Under the pieces are notes generated by a model. That model was not told where the DNA came from. It did not search any database and saw only the letters and a program-made list of their open reading frames with translations. Shown piece after piece: positions 8,374 through 16,536 of a stretch of 24,303 nucleotides of DNA. Source of the stretch: Caulobacterales bacterium (GTDB lineage: Bacteria; Pseudomonadota; Alphaproteobacteria; Caulobacterales; Aquidulcibacteraceae). Made by a program: the position numbers and the translations under genes. The stretch covers positions 1 through 24,303 of the forward strand of contig JBIKVO010000001.1 of the NCBI GenBank assembly GCA_044356795.1. Reading direction: 5' to 3'. Positions within the stretch are counted from its first letter, which is position 1. Every line of letters begins with the position of its first letter.

Positions 8374-8992
8374 GTTCGGCTCCTGAAATGCGCAAGACGC
8401 AGGCCCTGGGATCGGTAAGGCTTGGCAGCTTTTCGACCGTCAGGCGCCACCCGGCGGCTTCGGCGGCGGCCAACTCGGCGCCGACCTCGACGCCCTTTGG
8501 GAACAGCCCAATCGCACCGCCTTGCAGATACGGTTTGGCGAACTCCATGATTCGCGGCAAGGGCGCAAAGGCGCGGGCGGTGATGATGTCATGCGGGCCG
8601 GGCAGCGGGGCGGCTGCGTCTTGCAGATAGACCCGGGCCGGCGCACCGGTGGCGCGGATCGCCTCGCGCAGGAACGCCACACGCTTGGCGTTTGTCTCCA
8701 CCAGATCAATCTGCGCGCCGGGCGTTTCCGCCAGCAGGCAGGCGATGACCAGGCCGGGGAACCCTGCCCCGGTTCCCAGATCGACCCAGCGGCGCGCGCC
8801 CGGCGCCAACCCCGCCAGCTGGGCGGAATCCAGGGCGTGGCGATTCCAATAGTGCGCCAGCTCTCTCGGGCCGACGAGGTTGATCCGCGGGGCCCAGGTT
8901 TCCAACAGCTTCAGATGTGTTTCCAGGCGTTCAGCTGTTTCGTGTGAAACGCCGAGGGTTTCTTGAAAGCGGGTGCGCGTGAAGGAAGCCAT
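8366..8992 (-). CDS. rsmG: 16S rRNA m7G527 methyltransferase
   Basis: RHALDS, SAM motif DLGTGAGFPG, ARAFA; overlaps the parA start by 8 bp. Confidence 0.94.
   Translation of the reverse strand: MASFTRTRFQETLGVSHETAERLETHLKLLETWAPRINLVGPRELAHYWNRHALDSAQLAGLAPGARRWVDLGTGAGFPGLVIACLLAETPGAQIDLVETNAKRVAFLREAIRATGAPARVYLQDAAAPLPGPHDIITARAFAPLPRIMEFAKPYLQGGAIGLFPKGVEVGAELAAAEAAGWRLTVEKLPSLTDPRACVLRISGAEHG
8936..8951. promoter_or_regulatory. Degenerate parS-like site inside rsmG
   Basis: TGTTTCGTGTGAAACG is 13/16 identical to TGTTTCACGTGAAACA. It encodes VSHET where many alphaproteobacterial RsmG proteins have VSRET. Confidence 0.5.
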
Positions 8993-9032
8993 GGGATCAA
9001 TGTAGCGTGGATTGAGCGCGGCGGGATGCGCG

Positions 9033-9455
9033 CTATTTCGGTTTCACGCTCCACGCCGCCACGCCAGACAAGGTCGCCAGGATCGCCAACAAGACGGCCT
9101 GCGGCGGAACCCCCGTCGCGCGCCAGTGCGGACCGACCAGCACAAACGCAATCGCCACAGTCGCAAACCAAAGTCCCGCCAGCCCGCCGATCGAGTACAA
9201 CCAGCCGCGTCGTCGCCAGCCAGCCCAGATCAGCGCGACACCGAACGCCACAAAGCTGATCGTGCCAGCGATCCAAACCACTTCGGTTTGCGCCAGCAAG
9301 GCAGGCGGAACCTGCCCTTGCGCGGCGGTGAGAACCTCGGTGGTTTCTGGTCCGCCATGGCCTTGGTGCACCCCGGCCGCCAGCATCGAGCCGATCCCGG
9401 CAAACAGCCCGCACGCGGCGCCGATGCGTTCGAGGTCTGTTTGTTGTCTTGCCAT
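9033..9455 (-). CDS. Hypothetical membrane protein (about 4 TM segments)
   Basis: 140 aa with four hydrophobic segments; co-oriented with and tightly packed between DUF3088 and rsmG. Confidence 0.72.
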   Translation of the reverse strand: MARQQTDLERIGAACGLFAGIGSMLAAGVHQGHGGPETTEVLTAAQGQVPPALLAQTEVVWIAGTISFVAFGVALIWAGWRRRGWLYSIGGLAGLWFATVAIAFVLVGPHWRATGVPPQAVLLAILATLSGVAAWSVKPK

Positions 9456-9483
9456 GATCGCGGTTTAGCGCGATCGCGCGCGC

Positions 9484-9829
9484 TTACGGATGCGGCGCAG
9501 CGCCGCCATGGCGGGCGGCCAGGCAGGTCGCGATATCCGCCGCGCCGCGCAAAATGAAATGCTCGCCAACGGAATACGCCGTCGCAGGCGCGGCCCGCGC
9601 ATCAGCCAAAATCAACAATGGCAGCGCTTGCTCCGCCTCGCCGACCAGCGCGATGATTCCGCCCGCGGCCGCGGAAAGCGACATGGCGAATGTCCACACT
9701 GTCGCGCCAATGCGGGTTCGCCAGCAGTGCGCCTTCCAGCAGCGCGCAATGCGGGCAAAACCAAACCGGCCCCGCGGCGCGTTTGGCGTCCTCAAACGGC
9801 GCGGCAAGGAGAAACAGACGGTCATTCAT
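9484..9829 (-). pseudogene. DUF3088-family protein, frameshifted (pseudogene or sequencing error)
   Basis: N-half [14 protein letters not shown]...WFCPHCALLEG...VDIRHVAF and C-half IIALVGEAEQALPLLIL...HGGAAPHP are in different frames. The ATG overlaps the mnmG stop (ATGA). Confidence 0.8.
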
Positions 9830-11694
9830 GCTGAAGCCTTGCGTGCTTTTTTCACGTGCGCCAACAGCGCCGTCAGCGCGCCCGGCGTGACGCCTTCGAT
9901 GCGCCCGGCCTGGCCGAGCGTTGCGGGGCGCGCCGCCGACAGCTTTTCGCGCATCTCATTCGACAGCCCGCCGACAGCCCCATAGTCAAGGTCGGTCGGC
10001 AGACGCAGGTCCTCGTCTTTGCGGAACGCCACGATGTCGGCCTCTTGCCGCTCCAGATAACCAGAATACAGCGCATCGATTTCCAGTTGCTCGCGCGCGG
10101 TTGGCGACAGCGCATGGAGCTGCGGCCACACCCGCGCCATCGCGGCAAAGTCGATCGAGGGATAGGCCAAAAGCTGGATCAGGTCGCGCCGCTGCCCATC
10201 CTGATTGACCTGCAGCCCCGCATCCGCCGCCTGCTTGGGCGTCAGCACCAGCGAAGCGCCCAGCGCCCGGGCGGCGTCGATCTCCGCCATCTTTGCGGTA
10301 AACGCCGTGCGCCGCACCGGGTCGATGCAGCCAAGGTCGATCCCGCGCGGGGTCAGGCGCTGGTCGGCATTATCGGCGCGCAGGCTGAGGCGGTATTCCG
10401 CGCGGCTGGTGAACATCCGGTATGGCTCGGTGACGCCGCGGGTGATCAGGTCGTCGATCAGCACGCCAAGATAGCCTTCGGCCCGCGTTACATGAAACGG
10501 GCTGCAGCCGCCCGCCGCCAGCGCCGCATTAAGGCCTGCAATCAAGCCTTGGGCTGCGGCTTCCTCATAGCCAGTGGTGCCGTTGATCTGGCCGGCGAAA
10601 TACAGGCCCGGCAGCCGCTTGGTTTCCAGCGTCGCCAGCAATTCGCGGGGGTCCACATAGTCATATTCGATCGCATAGGCGTAGCGGCGCACCGCCGCGC
10701 GCTCCAGGCCCGGGATCGTGCGGATAAACGCATCCTGCGCGGCCTCAGGCAACGAGGTCGAAATCCCGTTGGGATAGACCGTGTCGTCGTCCAGGCCCTC
10801 CGGCTCCAGGAAAATCTGGTGGCGATCCTTATCGGCAAACCGCACCACCTTGTCTTCGATCGATGGGCAATATCGTGGGCCGCGCCCGGCGATGGCGCCG
10901 GAATAGACCGCCGACTGTGCAAGGTTGTCCGCGATGATCCGGTGGGTCTCGGCGGTCGTCCAGGTAATGCCGCACGCCACCTGAGGCGTGGTGATTTCCC
11001 GTGTGAGGAAGGAAAACGGCGTTGGCGGATCATCGCCGGGCTGCATCTCCAGGGCGGCCCAATCAATCGTCTTGCCGTCGAGCCGCGCCGGGGTGCCCGT
11101 CTTCAGGCGGCCCATGCGAAAGCCAAGGCCATAGAGCCGATCGCTCAAGCCGATCGCCGGCGCTTCGTCCACGCGACCGGCCGGGATGCGCTTGTCGCCG
11201 ATATGGATCACGCCCTTGAGGAATGTGCCGGTGGTCAGCACCACGCGCGGCGCGCGGTAGGCGGCGCCCGACGCGCACAGCACGCCAGCCACGAAGCTAT
11301 CCGCCACCAGTACATCCTCCACCGCTTCGGCGCGGATCGACAGGGCGGCGATCTCGGCCAACGCGGCCTGCATCGCAGCCTTGTAGAGTTTGCGATCCGA
11401 TTGCGCCCGCGGACCGCGCACGGCCGGTCCCTTGGAACGGTTGAGCAGGCGGAACTGAATGCCGGCGGCGTCAGCCACGCGACCCATCACCCCGTCCAGC
11501 GCATCGATCTCGCGCACGAGATGGCCTTTGCCCAAGCCTCCGATGGCCGGGTTGCAGCTCATCTCGCCGATGGTGTCGAGGCGGTGGGTCAACAGCAGGG
11601 TGCGGGCGCCGAGGCGCGCCGCTGCGGCCGCGGCCTCACAGCCGGCATGGCCGCCGCCGATCACGATGACGTCGTAGGAGGCGTCGCTTGGCAT
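9826..11694 (-). CDS. mnmG: tRNA uridine-34 5-carboxymethylaminomethyl modification enzyme MnmG/GidA
   Basis: [42 protein letters not shown]. Start placed at ATG 11694 ([15 protein letters not shown]). Confidence 0.98.
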   Translation of the reverse strand: MPSDASYDVIVIGGGHAGCEAAAAAARLGARTLLLTHRLDTIGEMSCNPAIGGLGKGHLVREIDALDGVMGRVADAAGIQFRLLNRSKGPAVRGPRAQSDRKLYKAAMQAALAEIAALSIRAEAVEDVLVADSFVAGVLCASGAAYRAPRVVLTTGTFLKGVIHIGDKRIPAGRVDEAPAIGLSDRLYGLGFRMGRLKTGTPARLDGKTIDWAALEMQPGDDPPTPFSFLTREITTPQVACGITWTTAETHRIIADNLAQSAVYSGAIAGRGPRYCPSIEDKVVRFADKDRHQIFLEPEGLDDDTVYPNGISTSLPEAAQDAFIRTIPGLERAAVRRYAYAIEYDYVDPRELLATLETKRLPGLYFAGQINGTTGYEEAAAQGLIAGLNAALAAGGCSPFHVTRAEGYLGVLIDDLITRGVTEPYRMFTSRAEYRLSLRADNADQRLTPRGIDLGCIDPVRRTAFTAKMAEIDAARALGASLVLTPKQAADAGLQVNQDGQRRDLIQLLAYPSIDFAAMARVWPQLHALSPTAREQLEIDALYSGYLERQEADIVAFRKDEDLRLPTDLDYGAVGGLSNEMREKLSAARPATLGQAGRIEGVTPGALTALLAHVKKARKASA

Positions 11695-11776
11695 GGGCCG
11701 GGGTGCATAGCGCAAAACCGCGGCGCTGGCGAGGCGGCCAAGCCCATGTCGTGATCCCAAAACGGGCCGTCTATTT

Positions 11777-11880
11777 CCGCAGTCATCGCGAACGCGAGGC
11801 GCGGTCGAGCGCTTCGGGAGCCAGGAGTTCAAGCCAAGACCGGGCCCTGAAAGCCTCACTCCGTTCGGCTTCAGGGCGAT
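11777..11880. repeat. Degenerate two-hairpin palindromic intergenic element (CGTC/GTCAT-type REP-like)
   Basis: Begins CCGCAGTCATCGCGAA...TTCGGGA. Second hairpin GCCCTGAA(A)GCC-N11-GGCTTCAGGGC at 11844-11877. Shares CCGCAGTCATC and CCTGAAWGCC...GGCTTCAG with the element at 18171-18266. Confidence 0.6.
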
Positions 11881-11897
11881 CGTGGAGGGCGCCGAAT

Positions 11898-11913
11898 CGT
11901 TTCACGTGGAACC
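11898..11913. promoter_or_regulatory. parS centromere site 1
   Basis: CGTTTCACGTGGAACC (reverse GGTTCCACGTGAAACG) matches the 14-bp core of consensus TGTTNCACGTGAAACA; intergenic upstream of mnmG-rsmG-parAB. Confidence 0.88.
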
Positions 11914-11956
11914 TGATTCTTTCAAGAGTCGAGTCCTAATTTACTTTCGCTTCACC

Positions 11957-11972
11957 GGTTTCCCGTGGAACG
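11957..11972. promoter_or_regulatory. parS centromere site 2 (one core mismatch)
   Basis: GGTTTCCCGTGGAACG; its core differs from site 1 by one base; 59 bp from site 1. Confidence 0.72.
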
Positions 11973-11995
11973 AAGGTGCGAATACTTGCGGTTGT

Positions 11996-13315
11996 TTACT
12001 TGCCTATGCAGAAGTTGGCGAAGATCTCATCGAGCAGATCTTCGACATCGATCCGGCCCGTCAGCCGGCCAAGATGGCTCGCCGCTGCGCGCAGATCCTC
12101 CGCCGCCAACTCCGGGCCCAGCGCCAGTCCCGCCGCCGCGCGCTGCACCGCCGCCAGCGCTGACGCCACCAATGTGCGATGCCGGGCGCGGGTCAGGGCC
12201 GGCGCTTCCTCGCCGCCCGTGGCGTTCGCGACCCGGCTGGTGATCGCGGCGATCAGTGCGGGCAGGCCGTCGCCAGTCTGCGTTGAGATTGCCAGTGGCC
12301 CGGTCAAGGCGGCGCCCAAATCGGCTTTTGACGTGACCCACAGATCGCCATCCCGGAGGGCTGCGCGCAGGGCGTCGGAGGCGGGCTGGCCGGCCTCAAC
12401 CAGACCAATGCGCAGATCGGCCTCCTCAGCCCGCGCCAAGGCGCGGCGCACGCCCTCCGCTTCGATCACGTCCGCGGCGTCGCGCAGACCGGCCGTATCC
12501 GCCAGCCATACCGGGCAGCCGGCCAACACCAGCCGCACTTCCACCACATCACGGGTCGTACCGGGTATGTCCGAAACGATTGCCGCATCGCGACCGGCCA
12601 GCGCGTTGAGCAGGCTGGACTTACCGGCATTGGGGGCGCCCAGGATGGCGACGCGGTAGCCATCGCGGATGCGCATGCCCCGATCATCGCTGATGTGGCC
12701 GGCCATGCCGGCAATGATTGGGGCCAGCATCGGGCCGACGCGGGCGGTAAGCCCGCCGGGCAGGTCGTCGTCCGGGAAGTCGATTTCGGCTTCCAGCAGG
12801 GCCATCGCCGGGATCAGCGCCGAGCGCCAGCCTTCGTACAGGCGCGATAGCGCGCCGCCCATCTGGCGCAGCGCCTGGCGTCGTTGGGCCTCGGTTTCGG
12901 CGTCGACGAGGTCGGCGAGGCCCTCAGCCTCCGCCAGGTCCATCTTGCCATTTTCAAACGCGCGGCGGGTAAATTCACCGGCGAACGCCGGGCGGCAGCC
13001 GGGCACGGCGGCGAGGGCGGCGATAACGGCGGCGATGACGGCCGGCCCGCCATGGATGTGGAACTCGGCGACATCTTCGCCGGTGAAGCTGGCGGGGCCG
13101 GGAAACCAGAGCTGCAGGGCGCGGTCGATCGCAGCGCCAGCGGGATCGGTGAGAACAGTCAGCGCGGCGCGACGGGGGGCGGGCGGCGGCTGGCCGGTGA
13201 GGGCGGTGATGGCGCCTGCGGCGGCGGGGCCGCTGACCCGCACCACCGCGACGCCTGCCCGGCCTGCGCCCGAGGCGAGGGCGAAAACCGTCTCGGCGCC
13301 GCCTACCCGGCTCAC
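11996..13315 (-). CDS. mnmE: tRNA modification GTPase MnmE/TrmE
   Basis: TVFALAS, SFTGED, GAPNAGKSS, PGTTRD, DTAG and C-terminal FCIGK. GTG 13315 overlaps the upstream stop (GTGA). Confidence 0.97.
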   Translation of the reverse strand: MSRVGGAETVFALASGAGRAGVAVVRVSGPAAAGAITALTGQPPPAPRRAALTVLTDPAGAAIDRALQLWFPGPASFTGEDVAEFHIHGGPAVIAAVIAALAAVPGCRPAFAGEFTRRAFENGKMDLAEAEGLADLVDAETEAQRRQALRQMGGALSRLYEGWRSALIPAMALLEAEIDFPDDDLPGGLTARVGPMLAPIIAGMAGHISDDRGMRIRDGYRVAILGAPNAGKSSLLNALAGRDAAIVSDIPGTTRDVVEVRLVLAGCPVWLADTAGLRDAADVIEAEGVRRALARAEEADLRIGLVEAGQPASDALRAALRDGDLWVTSKADLGAALTGPLAISTQTGDGLPALIAAITSRVANATGGEEAPALTRARHRTLVASALAAVQRAAAGLALGPELAAEDLRAAASHLGRLTGRIDVEDLLDEIFANFCIGK

Positions 13316-13563
13316 TCGCCCTTCACGCCTTTCATGGCGCCCTGGGCGCCGGCGGTCATCAGCTTGACGAAGGCGTCTTGCGCCTGGGTGCCGACGTTCA
13401 TCCACGACTTCATCATCGTGTCCGGGCTCATGAGCTGGATGTTGGCTTCCATCCGTTCGCCCATCTCGCGCACCAGCATGTCATTGATCGGCGTCACATC
13501 CGGGAGGCCCATGAAAGCGCGGGCTTCTTCGGGGGTGCACTCCACTTCGATCCTCAATTTCAT
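13312..13563 (-). CDS. DUF6489-family small protein
   Basis: MKLRIEVECTPEEARAFMGLPDVTP matches this alphaproteobacterial family as I recall it; the family is often divergent from a dienelactone hydrolase, as here. Confidence 0.82.
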   Translation of the reverse strand: MKLRIEVECTPEEARAFMGLPDVTPINDMLVREMGERMEANIQLMSPDTMMKSWMNVGTQAQDAFVKLMTAGAQGAMKGVKGE

Positions 13564-13657
13564 GGGCAGGAATCCTTTCGCGTCCCGCCCATATAGACCC
13601 GAACGCGTCCGCACCGTAAGACCGACTTTTGGAGCGCTGTTTGCGCACGTTGGGACG

Positions 13658-13766
13658 CCTGCTCCCCCGCGAGGGGCGCCGCTGAGCGTCGCGAAGCTGA
13701 GGGGGCGGCCAAAGCGCCGCCCCCTCCGTCGCCTTCGGCGAAACCTCTCCCTCGCGGGGGAGGAGG
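13658..13766. repeat. ~109-bp nested palindromic element (resembles Caulobacter CIR / rhizobial intergenic repeats)
   Basis: Terminal IR CCTGCTCCCCCGCGAGGG / CCCTCGCGGGGGAGGAGG (17/18). Inner perfect 11-bp IR GAGGGGGCGGC (13699-13709) / GCCGCCCCCTC (13716-13726). Small GCGAAGC and TCGCC-TTC-GGCGA hairpins. Confidence 0.8.
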
Positions 13767-13821
13767 AATCGGACAGGCCGTTGCGCGCTGGGTGCACGCC
13801 AAAACACAGGAGACATAAGCA

Positions 13822-14514
13822 ATGGGTGACTGGGTCGAAATCAAAGGCAAGGACGGCGCGTTCAAAGCCTATGTGGCCAAGCCGGCCGGGACGCCGAAAG
13901 GCGCGGTGGTGGTGATCCAGGAGATTTTCGGCGTCAATGCGGTGATGCGCGGCAAGGCCGATTGGCTGGCGCGCGAGGGCTTCATCGCGATCGCGCCGGA
14001 CCTGTTCTGGCGCATCCAGCCCGGCATCGACATCACCGACAAAACCGAAGCCGAGTGGGCCCAGGCGTTTGGTTATTTCAAAGCGTTCGACGTTGATCAG
14101 GGCGTGGCCGACATTCAGGCCGCCATCGATGCGATCCGCCCGCAGGCGGGCACAGGTAAGGTCGGTGCGATTGGCTACTGCCTTGGCGGCCTGCTGGCGT
14201 ATCTGACCGGCTGTCGCACCAACAGCGATGCCTCTGTCGGGTATTATGGTGTGTCGATTGAGCAGCGCCTGGAAGAAAGCCACGAGGCCACAGCGCCGGT
14301 GATGCTGCACATTGCGGAAAAAGACGCGTTCGTGCCGGCCGATGCGCAGGCCGCAATCCGCGCCGGGCTGGCGAACAAACAGGGCTTCACCCTGCACTTT
14401 TACGCCGATCAGGATCACGCCTTCACCCGCGAGGGCGGCCAGCATTACGACGCGGGCGCCGCAACGCTCGCCGACGGCCGCACCGTCGCGTTTCTGGGCC
14501 AGCACCTCGCATGA
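13822..14514 (+). CDS. Dienelactone hydrolase family protein
   Basis: VIQEIFGVN, APDLF, nucleophile motif GYCLGG, QDHAF; GGAGA Shine-Dalgarno upstream. Confidence 0.93.
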   Translation: MGDWVEIKGKDGAFKAYVAKPAGTPKGAVVVIQEIFGVNAVMRGKADWLAREGFIAIAPDLFWRIQPGIDITDKTEAEWAQAFGYFKAFDVDQGVADIQAAIDAIRPQAGTGKVGAIGYCLGGLLAYLTGCRTNSDASVGYYGVSIEQRLEESHEATAPVMLHIAEKDAFVPADAQAAIRAGLANKQGFTLHFYADQDHAFTREGGQHYDAGAATLADGRTVAFLGQHLA

Positions 14515-15497
14515 GACGCCTTGCTTTGACTGCGGTCGCTGGACTCTTGCTCGCGGCGTGCGCCGGAAGTGCGGTCGACGCCGTGTCAGAGCGGGACATG
14601 AATCCAGACGCCCGCCCGCTGGATTTCTCCGACCAGCGCGGCGCGTTCCTGCGCACGGCCAACCTGCCTGACTTCTTCGATTGCCTCCGCGCCAACAGTA
14701 TCACGATACCCGCCGCCCATCGTCTCGGCGGCGGCGGGTATCTGGAAAACAGCCTTGAGGCCTTGGCGACGACGGCACAGCTGACGCCGCGCACGATCCC
14801 CGTCATCGCCGAAGTCGATATCCGCCAGACTGCCGATGGCGAGTTGGTGGTCATGCACGATGAAACGGTGGATCGCACCACCACGGGAACCGGCCGTGTC
14901 GATGCGATGGTCGCCGAGGAGTTCAAGCGGCTGACACTGCGCCATCCGCCAGGCCGGGCTGCTTTCATCAATCCACTGGTGTTGAGCGATCTGCTTTGGC
15001 TTGCCGAAGACAGCGCCATTCTGCAGCTCGACGTGAAGCGCGGCGTCTCGTTTGAGGATGTGGTCAAGACGGTGCAAAATGCGGGCGCGCAGAACCGCGT
15101 GATCGTGATCGTGTATTCGCTCGCCGATGCGATCACAGTGCACAATCTTGATCCGTCGCTGATGCTGTCGGTGTCGATCAATTCGGAAGAAGAACTCGAC
15201 ACGCTGGCCCGCGTCGGAGTGGATCTGTCCCGCGTGCTGGCCTGGACCGGCACGCGCGAACCGCGGCCGGCTTTGTATCAGGCGCTGCGCGCGCGGGGCG
15301 TTGAGGTGCTGTTTGGCACGTTGGGGCCGGACGGGCAAAGCATCGACAGTCAGATCGCTCAGAACCGCACGCCGCGTCGCTATGTCGAGATCGCCAAAGC
15401 CGGCGTCACGATGCTGGCCACAGGGCGCTATCGCCCTGCTTATGAGGCGCTGGTTGAAGGCGGTGTGGGCGACGCCAGGCGCTGTGTGCGCCGATGA
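14511..15497 (+). CDS. Glycerophosphodiester phosphodiesterase family lipoprotein
   Basis: Lipobox LAAC; AHR...ENSLEA; EVDIRQTADGELVVMHDETVDRTT. ATGA overlap with the upstream gene. Confidence 0.9.
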   Translation: MRRLALTAVAGLLLAACAGSAVDAVSERDMNPDARPLDFSDQRGAFLRTANLPDFFDCLRANSITIPAAHRLGGGGYLENSLEALATTAQLTPRTIPVIAEVDIRQTADGELVVMHDETVDRTTTGTGRVDAMVAEEFKRLTLRHPPGRAAFINPLVLSDLLWLAEDSAILQLDVKRGVSFEDVVKTVQNAGAQNRVIVIVYSLADAITVHNLDPSLMLSVSINSEEELDTLARVGVDLSRVLAWTGTREPRPALYQALRARGVEVLFGTLGPDGQSIDSQIAQNRTPRRYVEIAKAGVTMLATGRYRPAYEALVEGGVGDARRCVRR

Positions 15498-16468
15498 CGA
15501 TGCAGGCGATCCGTTTCTCGCAAACCGGCGGTCCTGATGTTTTGCGGTTCGCTACGGTGGCGAAGCCGCAACCGGGGCCGGGCGAAATCCTCATCCGTCA
15601 AACCGCGGCGGGCGTGAACTTCATCGACACCTATCACCGCTCGGGCCTTTACCCGACGCCGCTGCCGTCAGGGCTTGGGCTTGAGGGCGCCGGCGTGGTG
15701 GAGGCCGTGGGCGCGGGCGTGACGGCGTTTGCGGTTGGGGATCGCGCCGGGTACTGCACCGGCCCGATCGGCGCCTATGCGGAGCACAACGCTGTGCCAG
15801 CCGCGCGCGCCGTGAAGCTGCCGGACACCGTGTTAGACGATATCGCCGCCGCCGCGCTGCTAAAGGGTATGACAGCGCGGTACTTGGTGAAAGCGACCTA
15901 CCCGCTCAAGGCCGGCGATGTGTGCGTGGTGCATGCCGCCGCCGGCGGCGTTGGGCAAATCCTGACACAGTGGGCGCGGGCGCTGGGCGCAACCGTGATT
16001 GCAATCGTCGGCAGCGCGGAAAAAGGCGAAGTCGCGCGCAAACTCGGCGCGGCGCATGTGCTGCTCAGCAGTGACGGGATCGCGCGCCGAGTGCGCGAAA
16101 TCACCGGCGGGGAGGGCGCCGATGTCGTTTATGACAGCGTCGGCCGCGCGACCTTCATGGCGTCGATGGATTGTCTGCGGCCGCTGGGGATGTTTGTCTC
16201 GTTCGGCAATGCGTCTGGACCGCCGCCGGATGTGAGCCCGGCGATGCTGTCGCAGAAGGGGTCTTTGTTCTTCACCCGGCCAACGCTGTTTCACTATACG
16301 CGCACGCCGGCCTTGCTGCAGGAAACCGCAGACGATCTGTTCGACGCGATTGCGGCGGGGATTGTCGCGATTGCGGCGCCAAGCGTTTATCCGCTGGCCG
16401 AAGCCGCCCGCGCCCATGCCGATCTGGAGGCGCGCAAGACTACGGGGAGCCTGGTGCTGAAGCCGTAA
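15494..16468 (+). CDS. qor: NADPH:quinone oxidoreductase (zeta-crystallin/MDR family)
   Basis: GVNFIDTYHRSG, GLGLEGAG, HAAAGGVG, TTGSLVL. ATGA overlap with the upstream gene. Confidence 0.93.
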   Translation: MTMQAIRFSQTGGPDVLRFATVAKPQPGPGEILIRQTAAGVNFIDTYHRSGLYPTPLPSGLGLEGAGVVEAVGAGVTAFAVGDRAGYCTGPIGAYAEHNAVPAARAVKLPDTVLDDIAAAALLKGMTARYLVKATYPLKAGDVCVVHAAAGGVGQILTQWARALGATVIAIVGSAEKGEVARKLGAAHVLLSSDGIARRVREITGGEGADVVYDSVGRATFMASMDCLRPLGMFVSFGNASGPPPDVSPAMLSQKGSLFFTRPTLFHYTRTPALLQETADDLFDAIAAGIVAIAAPSVYPLAEAARAHADLEARKTTGSLVLKP

Positions 16469-16481
16469 GGCCCAAGATATT

Positions 16482-16521
16482 CGTCATTCTGTGTTCCTCG
16501 CAGGCGAAGCACGGGATGACG
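16482..16521. repeat. Single-hairpin CGTC-type REP-like element between convergent genes (possible bidirectional terminator)
   Basis: CGTCATTCTGTGTTC-CTCGCAGGC-GAAGCACGGGATGACG: near-perfect IR with CGTCAT/ATGACG ends, G-U wobbles and one bulge. Confidence 0.72.
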
Positions 16522-16536
16522 GCGGCGAAGGCATCG

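Noticed and set aside
9041-9054. parS half-site GTTTCACG
   Set aside because: The second half (CTCCAC) does not match; explained by the codons for WSVKP.
9848-9863. parS-like TTTTTCACGTGCGCCA at the mnmG 3' end
   Set aside because: Only one arm matches (12/16); explained by the codons for AHVKK.
11695-11859. ORF-track N-terminal extensions of mnmG (also mnmE, DUF6489 as 13312-14505, GST, response regulator, lipocalin, secB, tim44)
   Set aside because: The extensions run through intergenic repeats or neighbouring genes. Family-typical N-termini and stop/start overlaps point to the shorter starts used.
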